DNA of 64,000 nt from an uncultured delta proteobacterium (lineage in GTDB: Bacteria; Myxococcota; Myxococcia; Myxococcales; Myxococcaceae), in NCBI GenBank assembly GCA_963771175.1, contig CAVYSY010000039.1, forward strand, positions 397,837-461,836. The letters are read 5' to 3'. This document shows, in pieces, positions 12,634-24,410 of the stretch. Each line of letters begins with the position of its first letter. The stretch's first letter is position 1. Below the pieces are notes generated by a model. That model worked only from the letters and a program-made list of their open reading frames with translations. It had not been told where the DNA came from and ran no database searches. The translations under genes were made by a program, and so were the position numbers.

Positions 12634-12818
12634 CGTCCTGGCTCCTGGCCCCGATAACGGGCACTGCCCGTCGTCCCTCCGCGCCATCCGAAGCGCAGGG
12701 CCTTCTTCCAAGTCTGCCCTACTCCCTCGATAACGAGGCGCGGCCGGGGTTCGCATGCCCACTGCCGAACAGAAGAAGCACGGGGCCTCGGCCTGGAGGG
12801 CGCCCGCCAGGCCAGGGC

Positions 12819-13178
12819 CTATGCGCCTTCCTCCACGAGCAGCGCCGCGAGGAACAGCTCATAGGTCAGCTCGGCGACGGGCCTCTTCTCGCGGCGAGCC
12901 TGGGTGCGCAGCGCCTTCGGCAGCGAGCACGGCTTGCCCCGCTCGCCATCACGCATCCGCACATAGCCCCGCTCGGAGAACCCGAGCACCTGCCACCCCC
13001 GCTCGCGGAGCGCCTGGCTGAGGTCGTCGGTGAGCTGGTGGTGGATGGCCTTGGCCATCGGCAGCAGGCCGAAGATCTCGCTCGACCAGCCGCCCTCTTC
13101 CTCGTGCCAGCCCCGCGCGCGCAGGTAGTTGGCCTTGCGGGCGAGCGAGAGTCCTCCGACGTGGCGCTCGAGCTTCAT
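12819..13178 (-). CDS. Hypothetical protein
   Basis: Open frame with GC3-biased codons downstream of clpX, starting MKLERHVGG. Confidence 0.6.
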   Translation of the reverse strand: MKLERHVGGLSLARKANYLRARGWHEEEGGWSSEIFGLLPMAKAIHHQLTDDLSQALRERGWQVLGFSERGYVRMRDGERGKPCSLPKALRTQARREKRPVAELTYELFLAALLVEEGA

Positions 13179-13201
13179 CTTGAAGAATCCATATAACGAG
13201 A

Positions 13202-13235
13202 AAGCCCCCGTTGCCTCGGTGGGCGACGGGGGCTT
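13202..13235. terminator. Inverted repeat, probable intrinsic terminator after clpX
   Basis: AAGCCCCCGTTGCC...GGCGACGGGGGCTT hairpin about 25 bp past the clpX stop. Confidence 0.65.
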
Positions 13236-13259
13236 CTCCACGACGGAAGAAGCTCGGGG

Positions 13260-14537
<1,278 letters not shown>

Positions 14538-14738
14538 TGCCGCCTCCAGGTTCACCGACCCCGGTCGACCCGGAGCCTACTAGCCGACACCACCACACCC
14601 AACTTCGCCTGGCTGCCCACGTCTCGAACAGCCGTCCGCCAAAATATAGGCTCCGACTGAACCGGCAGGAAGCCCATCCGGAGTGTCGTCCGGTTGGCTG
14701 TGCACCTCCGGACGCGGTCAGCGTTCAGTAACACCCGA

Positions 14739-15374
14739 TCAGGCGTCGTTCACGCCCGAAGCGAGCTCCTCCACGTCCTCGGCCAGGGCGGCCGCCCGCT
14801 CGGCGATGGCAGCAGGAACCCGTCGACACCCGGCCAGCTCGATCGCGAGCTTGCGGGCCGGCTGCGCCAGCTTCCGCACCTGGAGGCTCTCCGCGGGCGG
14901 CTGCGGCGGCGGCTGCGGGAAGCGCTCGACGAACTCCTTCTTCAGCTCGGTGGCCGGCTTCTCGGGGTTCCAGATGCTGTCGCGGAGTGAACGGTACTCC
15001 TGGGGCGAGAGCTGGCCGCGCTCCTCCGCGTCCGCCAGCACCTCGACCACCTCGAAGGGCGGGGCCTTCTGGGGGAAGTCCTCCTGGGCCACCTCCTCGG
15101 CGGGCTCGTGCTTGGCCAGGAAGCTGAACGAGCGCGTGAGCTTGAGCGGCGGTCTGCTTCTTGATGTGGAGCTCCTTGAGGCAGTAGGCCTCGAAGGAGG
15201 CGTAGCCCCACTCCTCGAACAGGCTCTCGTCGCGCACCTGGACGAGCAGCTTGCCCAGCTCGGCCCAGGTGGACTTGAAGCGCTTGGCGGCCACCAGGAC
15301 GGTGTGGCGGAAGGTGCCCGGGGGGACGGACTGCGGCCTTCTTCTGCGAGGTCGGCTTCAGCAGCGGTCACCAT
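14739..15374 (-). CDS. Hypothetical protein (frameshifted)
   Basis: Coding frame assembled from ORFs 14725..15294 and 14739..15389: ...KRFKSTWAELGKLL...WGYASFEAYCLKELHIKK. Confidence 0.6.
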   Translation of the reverse strand: MVTAAEADLAEEGRSPSPRAPSATPSWWPPSASSPPGPSWASCSSRCATRACSRSGATPPSRPTASRSSTSRSRPPLKLTRSFSFLAKHEPAEEVAQEDFPQKAPPFEVVEVLADAEERGQLSPQEYRSLRDSIWNPEKPATELKKEFVERFPQPPPQPPAESLQVRKLAQPARKLAIELAGCRRVPAAIAERAAALAEDVEELASGVNDA

Positions 15375-15428
15375 GCACCCCGTATCCACCAGGACACCCG
15401 GGGGGGCAAAAAAGCGACCTGCTGCCGC

Positions 15429-16356
15429 CTAGCCCTTCTTACCGATGTTGAAGGAGAGGTCCACCGTGGCCCGCTCGCCCTGGTAGGGCTTGAAGGGCCA
15501 CTTCTTCAGCTCGCCGAAGAGGCAGTCGTAGAGCGGGCCCTTCTTGAGCTGCGGGTGGTCCACCCAGAGCTGGGCCACCCGGCCGTCGTTGCCGATGGTG
15601 AACTCGATCGGCACCTGGGCGGAGAAGCCCGGACGGCGCTCGGCCTCCTCCTTGAAGCAGCGGTAGAGCGAGCTCTGATACTGCTTCACCACCCGGTTGA
15701 TGGCCTCCTGGTCGTAGTTCGACCTCGGTGGCCAGCCCGTCCGCGTCGGCGAGCACCTTGCCCGTCGGGCGCCCAGCCGGGGGCTGCGCTCCGGCTCGGG
15801 CAGCGGCGAGGCCGAGGCCACCTTCTCCGGCTTGTCGAGCGGCGTCTCGATGGCGCTCGGGGATCGGGGTCGGCCGCTTCGGCTCGCCCGGGTACTCGAA
15901 GAGCTCCTCCGGGACGGAGGACGTGCGCCACGGTGATGATGGGCGGCTCCACCTGGATGTCGAGCGTCTCGCCTTCGCCCCCGGCAGGTGCACCGCCGAG
16001 TAGCGCGCGCACCTGCCACGCCCCGAGCCGCGAGCCGCCGAGCACCATCGCCACCACGCCACCCGCGATGAGCCGCGGCGCTGCGTCGGGCGCGCGCGGC
16101 CCGCGCCTCGGCCTCCACGCGCGCCTTCACCTCCGCCTTGGCGACGTGCAGCTGGAAGGCGTCCAGCTCCCCCAGCTGGCGGAAGCCGCTCGCCCGGAGG
16201 CGGACACGTCCGTCTCTCCGGTCAGCTCCCCGGCGTAGAGCTTCTCCACGAACTGGTCGCCGGTCACGGGACCGAGGACCAGGTCGCCCTGGCGGTAGAG
16301 CCAGCTGGCCGTCGAGCTGCGCCCCGTTCGGTCTGGAGGTCTTGTCCGGCCGACAT
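15429..16356 (-). CDS. GYF-like N-terminal domain, TM segment and AgmX/TonB-C-like C-terminal domain protein (frameshifted)
   Basis: N-terminal WLYRQGDLVLGP. C-terminal INRVVKQYQSSLYRCF...IEFTIGNDGRV...CLFGELKKWPF. Confidence 0.65.
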
Positions 16357-16421
16357 TGGCGTGGAAGTATCCTCGGCCGCACGGCCGCTGCAACGCCCCT
16401 CGACCATCCATCATACGACCC

Positions 16422-17270
16422 GTGAAGCGAACCCCCGCCGCCCTGTGGATCTGGTACCGCGGTGACCGACTTCCGCGGCTTCCAGCGCCAGCCGGAGGGA
16501 CACACCGTCCAGGAGGCCCTCGAGGCCGCCCTGAAGAAGGCCGGCGTCCCCTCCTCCATCATGCCCACCGGGCGCACCGACCGGGGCGTCCACGCGCGCA
16601 TGCAGGTGGTGAGCGTCCGGCTGCCTCCGGGCGACACCGCGGAGACGCTCGTCCGAGCGGCTCCCGCCGCACCTGCCGCCGGATCTCGGCCTGTGCGTGG
16701 CCCGCCGCCCCGCCCCAGCGCTTCCACGCCCAGTGGAGCGCCGCGCGGCAAGGAGTACCGCTACCGGCTGCAGCTCGGGGGCCCCGCGTCCGCGGCCTGG
16801 CTGCCGTACGTGCATGGAGCCCCGCAGGAGCCCCGGCTGGAGGGTCGCGTCCTGAAGCCCGAGCGCGTCGCGGAGCTGCTCGGCGCCGCCGTGGGCCGCG
16901 CGACTTCCTCGCCTTCCACGAGCACTCCAGCCCGCGCAAGCCGCGCACGCTGGAGTCCGCCACGCTGCATGCGCTGGGCGGCGGTCTCTTCGAGGCCCGG
17001 CTGCGCGGAGATGGCTTCGCGCGCTACCAGGTGCGCTACCTCGTGGGCTCGGCGCTGCTCGCCGCCGCCGGGGCCCTGTCCGAGGAGCACTGGCGCGCCG
17101 CGCTCGAGTCGGGCACCACCATCCCCGGCCTCAAGGCCCCCGCGACAGGGGCTCGTGCTCTGGGAGGTGCGCTACCCGGCCGAGCTGGATCCCTTCCCGC
17201 CCGAGGAGCGGGCCCGCGCCCCGGGACTGCCCCAGGCGCCACCGTTCGTCCTCCCGACGGGACGGACTCG
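16422..17270 (+). CDS. truA: tRNA pseudouridine synthase A (frameshifted; end approximate)
   Basis: FRGFQRQ...TVQEALE, GRTDRGVHA with the catalytic Asp, KEYRY, GDGFARYQVR and GLVLWEVRY. Confidence 0.8.
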
Positions 17271-17277
17271 AGGCCGG

Positions 17278-17442
17278 CCAGTCGACGAGCCGGTCCTCGT
17301 ACTTCGCCAGCAGGTCCGAGATCGCCTCCCGGAGGTACTCGCTCTGACGGATGCGCGTGGAGCGCGACAGCTCCTTCAGCGCGTCCAGCTTCTCGCGGTG
17401 GAGCCGGAAGACCACCGAGGTGAGGCGGGGATTCATGTCCAT
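17278..17442 (-). CDS. Ribbon-helix-helix DNA-binding protein (~54 aa; the expected stop reads TGG, probably an error)
   Basis: MDMNPRLTSVVFRLHREKLDALKELSRSTRIRQSEYLREAISDLLAKYE fits a strand-helix-helix pattern. AGGAGG RBS upstream. Confidence 0.8.
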
Positions 17443-17516
17443 GTGCGTTGTCCTCCTACAGGTGCGCACACCGTCTCACGGAAGCGTCGAATCGCAAGAA
17501 AATCACTCCACCTGTT

Positions 17517-17577
17517 GGATCACCCGGGGATCATCCGAGGATCACCGGCGGATCAGCCGGGGATCAGCGGCGGATCA
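17517..17577. repeat. Six GGATCA direct repeats at exact 11-bp spacing
   Basis: GGATCA starts at 17517, 17528, 17539, 17550, 17561 and 17572. Confidence 0.9.
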
Positions 17578-18073
17578 CAGGCTCCAGCGCAGGCCGGCGC
17601 ACAGCTCTACGTCCAATCGGAGTCCGGATCCAAATCCCAGCCCGCCGCCGAGCCCTCCATAGAGGGTGAAGGCCTCGGTGAGCGAGCGCCGCACACCCAG
17701 ACCTACCCGAGGCCCCGCCCACAGCTCCGGCCGCAGGTGCACCGCGGCGCCCAGATCGGCGTAGGTCTGCCACTCGTCCTCTCCGAAGACGCTCCGGAAG
17801 CCCCCATGCACCGCGAGGCTGAAGCCCGGTGCGCCCGTTCCGACCCGAGCCAGGAGGAAGAGCTCGTTCTCCTCGTAGCCCACGGGCACGCTGCCCCCGA
17901 GCTCCAGGTGTCCCGCGAAGCCCTGCTGCAGCTCGCTCGGAACCGATGAGCTCCGTGTACGTCGCCACCGGACCCACCAGCAGCGAGGGGGCCCGGCGTG
18001 GAGTGCCATCCCACTCTCTCGCCAGGGCGAGCGAGGGCAACGTCGCGATCAGGAGCGACAGCGGAAGGCGCAT
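17575..18073 (-). CDS. Exported small beta-barrel-like hypothetical protein (frameshift near the 5' end)
   Basis: Signal peptide MRLPLSLLIATLPSLALA, amphipathic beta-strands and a C-terminal AGLRWSL. Confidence 0.6.
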
Positions 18074-18120
18074 GGAGAACCCCTGGGGGGCGAGAGACCC
18101 CCTCCCCGCCGGAAGACGGC

Positions 18121-18168
18121 GGATCAGCAGAGGATCAGCACACGACCTGTTGGATCAGAAGAGGATCA
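18121..18168. repeat. Four GGATCA direct repeats (two pairs spaced 11 bp)
   Basis: GGATCA at 18121, 18132, 18152 and 18163. Shares ACCTGTTGGATCA with the array at 17510-17522. Confidence 0.85.
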
Positions 18169-19053
18169 GCTCACGACCGGCAACGGGTGTGCGTCGGCCG
18201 ACGGCCGCTGGATTCCCGCCGCGTCGTTCATCCGCCCGGAGCGGAACGGCTCGAGGTCCAGCGCCACGAACTTGAAGCCCAGCGCCTTGAGCGCCGTGTC
18301 CACCTGCCGCCGGAGCTCCGCCGAGAGGAAGCGCTCGTACTCCTCGGCCGCCAGCTCGATGCGCGCCACCTCCTGGTGGTAGCGCACCCGGAACTGCCGG
18401 AAGCCCAGCCGGCGCAGCTCGGACTCGGCCCCGGCGATCTGGAAGAGCCGCTCCCGCGTCACCGACGGTGCCGTACGGAATGCGCGACGCCAGGCACGCC
18501 ATCTGCGGCTTGTCCCACGTGGGCAGCCCCAGCGCGTGGCTCCAGGCGCGGATCTCCTCCTTCGTCAGCCCCGCCTGCCGCCAGCGGCGACCGCACCGCG
18601 GTGCTCCTGCGCCGCCTGGTGCCCGGGCCGGTGATCCTTGAAGTCGTCCGCGTTGAAGCCGTCCAGCACCACCTCCAGCCCCAGCTCCTTCCGCTTCGCC
18701 TCGCAGAGGTCGTACAGCTCCGTCTTGCAGAAGTAGCAGCGGTTGGTCGGGTTGGCCGCGTACTGGGGGTTGGACAGCTCGTCGCTCGACACCACCACGT
18801 GCCGGGCGCCCATGCGCGCCGCCAGCTCCCGCGCCTCGCGCTCCTCCTCGGGCGCCACCGACGCCGACAGCGCCGTCAGCGCCAGGGCGCGCTCGCCCAG
18901 CTCCTCCACGGCGATCTTCAGCACGAAGGTGGAGTCCACCCCGCCGGAGAAGGCCACCAGCGCCGAACCATGCGCGCGCAGGGCCGCGCGCATCGCGTCC
19001 AGCTTGGGGCGAGAGGACTCACACAGGGCCTGGATCCGCTCGGGGCTCAGCAT
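18166..19053 (-). CDS. larE: LarE-family ATP-dependent sulfur transferase (PP-loop; frameshifted)
   Basis: VAFSGGVDST, NPTNRCYFCK, DHRPG, ACLASRIPYG, FRVRYH and ALDLEPFRSG. Confidence 0.88.
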
Positions 19054-19161
19054 GGGCGTACCTCTATAAACGAAGAACGCCCCGGTTGCCATACGCAACC
19101 TGGGGGTCCTCTTCACATCTGGCTCGCGCCACTCCCTCGGTGGGAGTGCGTGGGGGCTCGA

Positions 19162-19916
19162 TTAGCGCGCCTTGCCGCTGCGCTTGGGAGCCGCCTTCTT
19201 GGTGGCCGCCGCCTTGGCCGCCGGCTTGCCCACCCGGGCCGCCCGCGCCGCGGGACGCGCCTTCGCGCCCTTGCCCGCCTTGGCCGCCGCCACCACCGGC
19301 ATCTTGGTCGTCGGACGCGCGATCGTCTTCTTCGTCGGAGGCTGGGCCTTCATCTTCTTGCCGGTGATGATCTTCAGCTCGTCCACCGTCACGTACCCGA
19401 GGTCCAGCAGCGACTGGAAGATCTTCCGCGCGCCGTCCTCCACGCTCTCCTGATCCGAGTGGAGACCACCTCGGCCGAGGCCGGCGGCTCGTACGGCTCG
19501 GTGATCCCGATGAAGTTGGGGATCTCACCGCTCAGCGCCTTCTTGTAGCGGCCCGTGCTGTCGCGCTCGATGAGCTTCTCGGTCGGGCAGTCGACGTACA
19601 CCTCGATGTACCGGCCGATCGGCCGGCGGTTCTCCTCGCGGCCGGCCTTGTAGGGGCTCACGCTGGGAACCAGCACCGCCACGTTGTTGCGCGTGAGCAG
19701 GCCGGCCACGTACCCCAGCCGGCGGACGCACGAGATGCGCTCGTCCTTGCTGTCTCCAATGCCCGGCCAGAGCTCCTCCCCGACCTCGTTCTCGTCGAGG
19801 ATCTCCACGTTGCGACCGACCTGCCGGAGCCGGGCCGCGATGTAGGCAGCCATCGTGCTCTTGCCGGTGCCGGACATGCCGGTCAGCCAAACGGTAAAAC
19901 CAGTAGTCTGCGCCAT
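19162..19916 (-). CDS. cysC: Adenylyl-sulfate kinase-like protein with a Lys/Ala-rich tail (frameshift near 19460)
   Basis: TVWLTGMSGTGKST, SPY, IEVYVDCP, YKKA and FIGITEPYEPP. The tail is in ORF 19162..19443. Confidence 0.82.
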
Positions 19917-20083
19917 ACGGATCCCAAACTCCCTGCGCTTCTTCTAAGGGTGGTGTTCTCCGTACCCCCCAAGAGCGCGGCAGATCAAAAGTCGGGGCCG
20001 TTATAGACGAAAAACGCACCGGTTGACAATTCGTACCCACCTTTCCGCAGGTAGGGGGGGCAAGCGGCCAAGTGCCCGCCTTC

Positions 20084-20596
20084 TCAAGAGAATTCCAAGG
20101 GTTGGCGTGTTAACAATTCCCGCGAAACCCGCCGCTCCAGGAATTCTCCGCAACGCCACCAGAAAATTCCGGCCTCACTGACACACCCGGAGTGAACGGC
20201 CATGACGAGGTAGGAGACCCCGGGGATCAGCGGCAGTCCGTCCGGGGCGGCCATGCGTCGGTCTTCGTCGGAAAAGTACGCACCCGCGTCCACATGTGAG
20301 TGGAACACACACGCCACCTGCTCGCCGCGGGCCTCGGCCTCGGTGAGCACGGCGAGCCACTCGCGCGGATCGAACAGGTAGGCGGTCCGGGAGGTGCGAG
20401 GGAAGCGCACAGGCTCTCGCGCGTGGTGCTCGTCGTAGGCGTTGCGCAGGGGTCGGACCCGCCAGGCCCCACCCGCCCCCGCGCGCAGCAGCACCCCGCA
20501 GCCCTCCCGGGGGTAGGCGGACTCGAGGTGGCGGACGACTTCCGACAGGTCTTCCGGCAGCGCGGGGCCTCCGCTGGGATCAGCCGCACCGGCCAC
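20084..20596 (-). CDS. JAB/MPN+ (JAMM) metallopeptidase, Mec-like
   Basis: YPREGCG and FHSHVDAGAYFSDED form the JAMM motif. Confidence 0.88.
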   Translation of the reverse strand: MAGAADPSGGPALPEDLSEVVRHLESAYPREGCGVLLRAGAGGAWRVRPLRNAYDEHHAREPVRFPRTSRTAYLFDPREWLAVLTEAEARGEQVACVFHSHVDAGAYFSDEDRRMAAPDGLPLIPGVSYLVMAVHSGCVSEAGIFWWRCGEFLERRVSRELLTRQPLEFS

Positions 20597-21202
20597 AGCG
20601 CCGCACCTCCAGAGCGGTCATGCACGCCCGGGGCCTCCCACGCAGCACGCCCCCAGCGCCGGCCCCAGCCCGAGCAGCAGCCGCTGGAGGACCAACGCCC
20701 CCAGCGCGCCCAGGCCCACGCCGAGCGCTCCCGAGGGAGGGGCACGCAGTGAGGCGGTGGTGGCCTCGAAGCACCCGGCGCAGCCCTCCGGTGCCGCGGA
20801 AGACGACCACGCCCCGCGTCCCATCGCCTCCCAGCGCCACCCAGGGCCCCTCCCCGTCCCAGCACCGCCGGCAGCTCCGCCAGCCGCCCGGTGCCGCGTC
20901 GGAGGGAGCGCGTCCGGGTTGACGTCCGGCAGCACCCGCCCGAGCACCTCCGAGGCCGGCTGCACCCACGTCCGCCGCGCGGGACGAGGAAGCCCTCGGC
21001 GCCGGCGCCGACAGCGGCTGCGGGCCCGCCGCCACCGGCGTGCCCCCGGCCGCCAGGTACGCCGCGGCCGTCAGCCCCGCCGGACCCGTGGCCACCAGTC
21101 GCACGCGCCTCCGGCCAGCAGCGCCTCCTGACCGCGCCCGCCCACCTCGCGCAGGAGGATCTGCCGCGAGTAGCGGAGAATCTGTTCCTCGCGCAGCGCC
21201 AT
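20580..21202 (-). CDS. Degenerate ThiF/MoeB-like protein (frameshifted)
   Basis: Begins MALREEQILRYSRQILLREVGGRGQEALL, the MoeB N-terminus. The remainder is divergent but includes a CAGCF motif. Confidence 0.65.
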
Positions 21203-21206
21203 CGCC

Positions 21207-21482
21207 CTACCCTCCGGCGATGGCCGGGATGAGGGTGAGGCGGTCTCGCCTCCGCCACGGGCGTGTCCAGCTCCTGCAGGAAGCGGATGTCCTCGTCGTT
21301 GAGGAAGACGTTCACGTAGCGGCGCACCGCGCCCTTGTCGTCGAGCAGCCGCGCGCCGATGCCCGGACAGCGCCTTGTCCAGGTTGCGCAGCACCTCGCG
21401 CCACGGTGGCGCCCGCGACGCGCACCTCGTCCTTGTTCTTCGTGAAGCTCCGCAGGGAGGTGGGAATGCGGACCGTCGCCAT
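21207..21482 (-). CDS. MoaD/ThiS/CysO ubiquitin-like sulfur carrier (frameshifted)
   Basis: MATVRIPTSLR...RRYVNVFLNDEDIRFL...IPAIAGG*, ending in Gly-Gly. Confidence 0.88.
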
Positions 21483-21484
21483 GC

Positions 21485-21731
21485 TCAGCGTCCTCCCTGC
21501 TTGCGCAGCAGCAGCCGGTGGGTGCCGTCGCCGGCCGCGCCTCCAGGGACAGCACCTCGTGACCCTCGTCGCGCGCGCTGCGCGGCACGTTGCTGCAGCG
21601 GCTCGTCGCCCCGCAGCAGCACCTCCAGCACCGCGCCCGTCGTCGAGCGCCTCCAGCGCCAGCTTCGTGCGCACGTACGTCATCGGGCAGACCTCGCGGG
21701 TGATGTCCAGCGTCGCGGTCACCTCGTGCAT
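21485..21731 (-). CDS. TusA/SirA-family sulfurtransferase (frameshifted)
   Basis: LDITREVCPMTYVRTKLALE, then NVPRSARDEGHEVL. Confidence 0.85.
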
Positions 21732-22492
21732 CGCGCGATCTCCTCGGCGAAGACGGGCGGGCGCGGCGCGCGGCGCAGCCCTCGCAGTCGGGCGCGCGGC
21801 GCACGCGCACCGTGCGCGGCCTCGCAGCGTGCGCCCCGTCGAGTACGTGCAGGGTGGCCTCGCCACTCGCGGCCGGCGCCGCGCCCTCGAGCCGCTCCAG
21901 CACCAGCAGCGCCTGCAGCGCGCCCATCAGCCCCGCCATGGAGCCGAGCACCCCCGCCTGCGCGCAGGTGGGCACCGCGTCCGGAGAGGGCGGCTCCTCG
22001 TACAGGCAGCGCAGGCACGGCCCGCCCGGGCTCCACGCGCATCGCCTGCCCCTGCATCCGCAGCACCCCGCCGTAGACCAGCGGCACGCCCGTGGCCACC
22101 GCCACGTCCGACAGGAAGAACTTCGTCGCCGTGCCGTCGGTGGCGTCCACCACCGCGTCATGCGGCTCGAAACAGGGCGGCGGCGTTGCGATCGTCCACC
22201 CGCTCGGCGAGCGTCTCCACGCACAGGGCCGGGAAGGCGCGCCGCAGCCCCGCCGCGGCGCGACTCCACCTTGGACCGGCCCACGTCCGCGGTGCGGTGC
22301 CACAGCTGGCGGTGGAGGTTCGTCACGTCCACCCGATCCGGGTCCACGAGCGTCAGCTGCCCCACACCCGCCTGCGGCGAGCGCCAGCGAGGCCGGACAA
22401 CCCAGTCCGCCCGCGCCCACCACCAGCACCCGCGCCGAAGCCACTCGTTCCACGCGAGCGACCCTCGCCGAGCCCCCGCCCGCCGTCAACAT
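21719..22492 (-). CDS. ThiF/MoeB-family adenylyltransferase (E1-like; frameshifted)
   Basis: VLVVGAGGLGCP, DRVDVTNLHRQ, VVDATD, PCLRCLY, TCAQAGVLG and a C-terminal CEGC. Confidence 0.88.
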   Translation of the reverse strand: MLTAGGGSARVARVERVASARVLVVGAGGLGCPASLALAAGGCGAADARGPGSGGRDEPPPPAVAPHRGRGPVQGGVAPRRGCGAPSRPCAWRRSPSGWTIATPPPCFEPHDAVVDATDGTATKFFLSDVAVATGVPLVYGGVLRMQGQAMRVEPGRAVPALPVRGAALSGRGAHLRAGGGARLHGGADGRAAGAAGAGAARGRGAGREWRGHPARTRRGARCEAAHGARAPRARLRGLRRAPRPPVFAEEIARCTR

Positions 22493-22611
22493 GCGCGGCG
22501 AAAAGCTGCCCGTCACGGGACGTAACGAATATCTTCCAGCCCCGCTCCGTCCCCTCTGACTGAAGCGCCTCCGACTGGAGCACCTTCCCACCCTCGCCTC
22601 TTCGAGGACCC

Positions 22612-23007
22612 ATGAGACACGCGCTCGCCTTCCTCACCCTCGCCTTCCTCGTCGCCGGCTGCCCCAAGAAACACCGGGGAGAACGGCCAGGGCCCCGTGG
22701 ACAACCCCTCCTACCGCGATGCCGGCCAGCAGACCCCGCCACCGGCCACCGTCTCGCGGCGCGATCCCCGAGGATGCCGGGCGAGCACCGCAGGCCCAGG
22801 GCGGCAACGCGACCGCGGAGGCCTGCGTGGACCGCTGGCTCCAGGAGCACAAGCTGGACCGCTACGGCAACGCCGAGGGCACCATGTACACGGGCGGCAC
22901 CCCGCTCTTCAACGAGGCCACCGGCGAGTCGCGGGACCGCCTCGAGTACGTCTTCGAGCGCCAGCCCGAGGCTCGCAAGGCCTGCGCCCGCCAAGGCCGC
23001 CCAGTAG
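22612..23007 (+). CDS. Small lipoprotein (frameshifted)
   Basis: Lipobox VAGC. C-terminal CVDRWLQEHKLDRYGN...MYTGGTPLFNE. Confidence 0.6.
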   Translation: MRHALAFLTLAFLVAGCPKKHRGERPGPRGQPLLPRCRPADPATGHRLAARSPRMPGEHRRPRAATRPRRPAWTAGSRSTSWTATATPRAPCTRAAPRSSTRPPASRGTASSTSSSASPRLARPAPAKAAQ

Positions 23008-23108
23008 TCCTCCCGCACCCCGCCTGCCTCCCACCCGCCAGGGGGGCGGGCGCCATCCTGGGTGAAGAGATTCCCGGAAACCCGGCAGTCCCATAAGCTG
23101 CCGGCCCG

Positions 23109-24399
23109 ATGGAACCCGCGTTCGCCCTGGACGATGACAAGCCCGACTCGCACCGGCGCGCCCGCGTGCGCGCGGTGCTCGAGCGACGCAAGCTGACCGG
23201 CAGCGTCTCCGCCGAGCAGGCCGCCGCCTCGTGGGAGCAGGATCGCTTCGTGGCCCGGGCCCGCGCCCTCTTCTACGCGCGGCTGATGTTCCTCACCCTG
23301 GGCCTGGCCATCCTCGCGGTGCCCAAGTGGTCCTTCTACTTCGGCCTGCACGGCACCTTCGCCTTCGCCGGCTACTTCGCGATGCTGCTCTACAGCGTCG
23401 CGAACTTCACTGGTCATCGACCACCCGCAAGGCCGGCCGCTGGGTGACGTACGTCACCCTCTGCCTCGACCTGGTCATCATGGTGGTGCTGGTCGTCAAG
23501 CCCCAGCTCGGCGGCGGCCTGCAGAGCCCGCTGCTCGCCACGCAGCTGCTCTTCACCACGCTCTTCGCCCTCCTCTACCCCAAGCCGCTGGCCATCCTGC
23601 CGCCGCTGCTGGCGCTGCCCGTCACCACCCGGCTGGATCTGCTCCTCGACCGCAGCAACGTCACCGCCATCGAGGTGCTCACCCTGCTTCTGGTACTCGC
23701 GCGCTCAACTTCATCATCGTCTACGTGCTGGTGTACCTGAACGAGCGCGAGGCCGCCGCCCACCGCGAGGTGGTGGAGCTCCAGGGCGACCTCAAGGAGC
23801 TGGCGGTGGTGGAGGAGCGCAACCGGCTCGCCCGGGAGATCCACGACGGCCTGGGCGCCTCGCTCTCCTCGCTGATCATCCAGGCCGAGTTCATCCTCGG
23901 CATGGCGAAGGAGGACTCGCCCCTGCGCTCGGAGATCACCGAGCTGAAGGCCACCGCCGAGGAGTCCATCGAGGAGCTGCGGCGCAACCTGCAGATGATG
24001 CGCGAGGACTTCGAGCTGACGCAGGGGCTCGAGGACTACGTGAAGACGTTCAGCGAGCGCACCCAGGTGGACATGCGCTTCGAGCGCAGCGGCCTGCCGC
24101 GCAAGCTGACCCCGGATGCCCAGCTCGCCCTCTTCCGCGTGCTGCAGGAGTGCCTCTCCAACGCCGTCAAGCACGCCGAGGCCAGGCACGTCCAGGTGAA
24201 GCTCGACTTCGACCTGGAGCGCGTGCACCTCATCGTCCGCGACGACGGCAAGGGCTTCGATCCCAAGCGCACGCCCCGCGGCCACTACGGCCTGCTCAAC
24301 ATGCGCGAGCGCGCCATGAAGCTCGGCGGCGAGCTCATCGTGGACTCGACGCCCGGCGCCGGCACCCGCGTGTCCTTCTCCCTCCCCTCTCCCTCCTGA
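23109..24399 (+). CDS. Membrane sensor histidine kinase, HisKA_3 (NarX-like; frameshifted)
   Basis: Multiple TM segments, EERNRLAREIHD, QECLSNAVKHA, DDGKGF and GLLNMRERA. Confidence 0.9.
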
Positions 24400-24410
24400 C
24401 CCGAGCCCCC

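Noticed and set aside
17517..18168. GGATCA arrays as a CRISPR array or replication origin
   Set aside because: The units are 6 bp with 5-bp spacers and there are no cas genes. There are no consensus TTATCCACA boxes, AT-rich unwinding element or dnaA/rep gene.
19081..19150. Two short hairpins between cysC and larE as an ncRNA or riboswitch
   Set aside because: No recognisable family motif. They are more simply terminator or stability stems.
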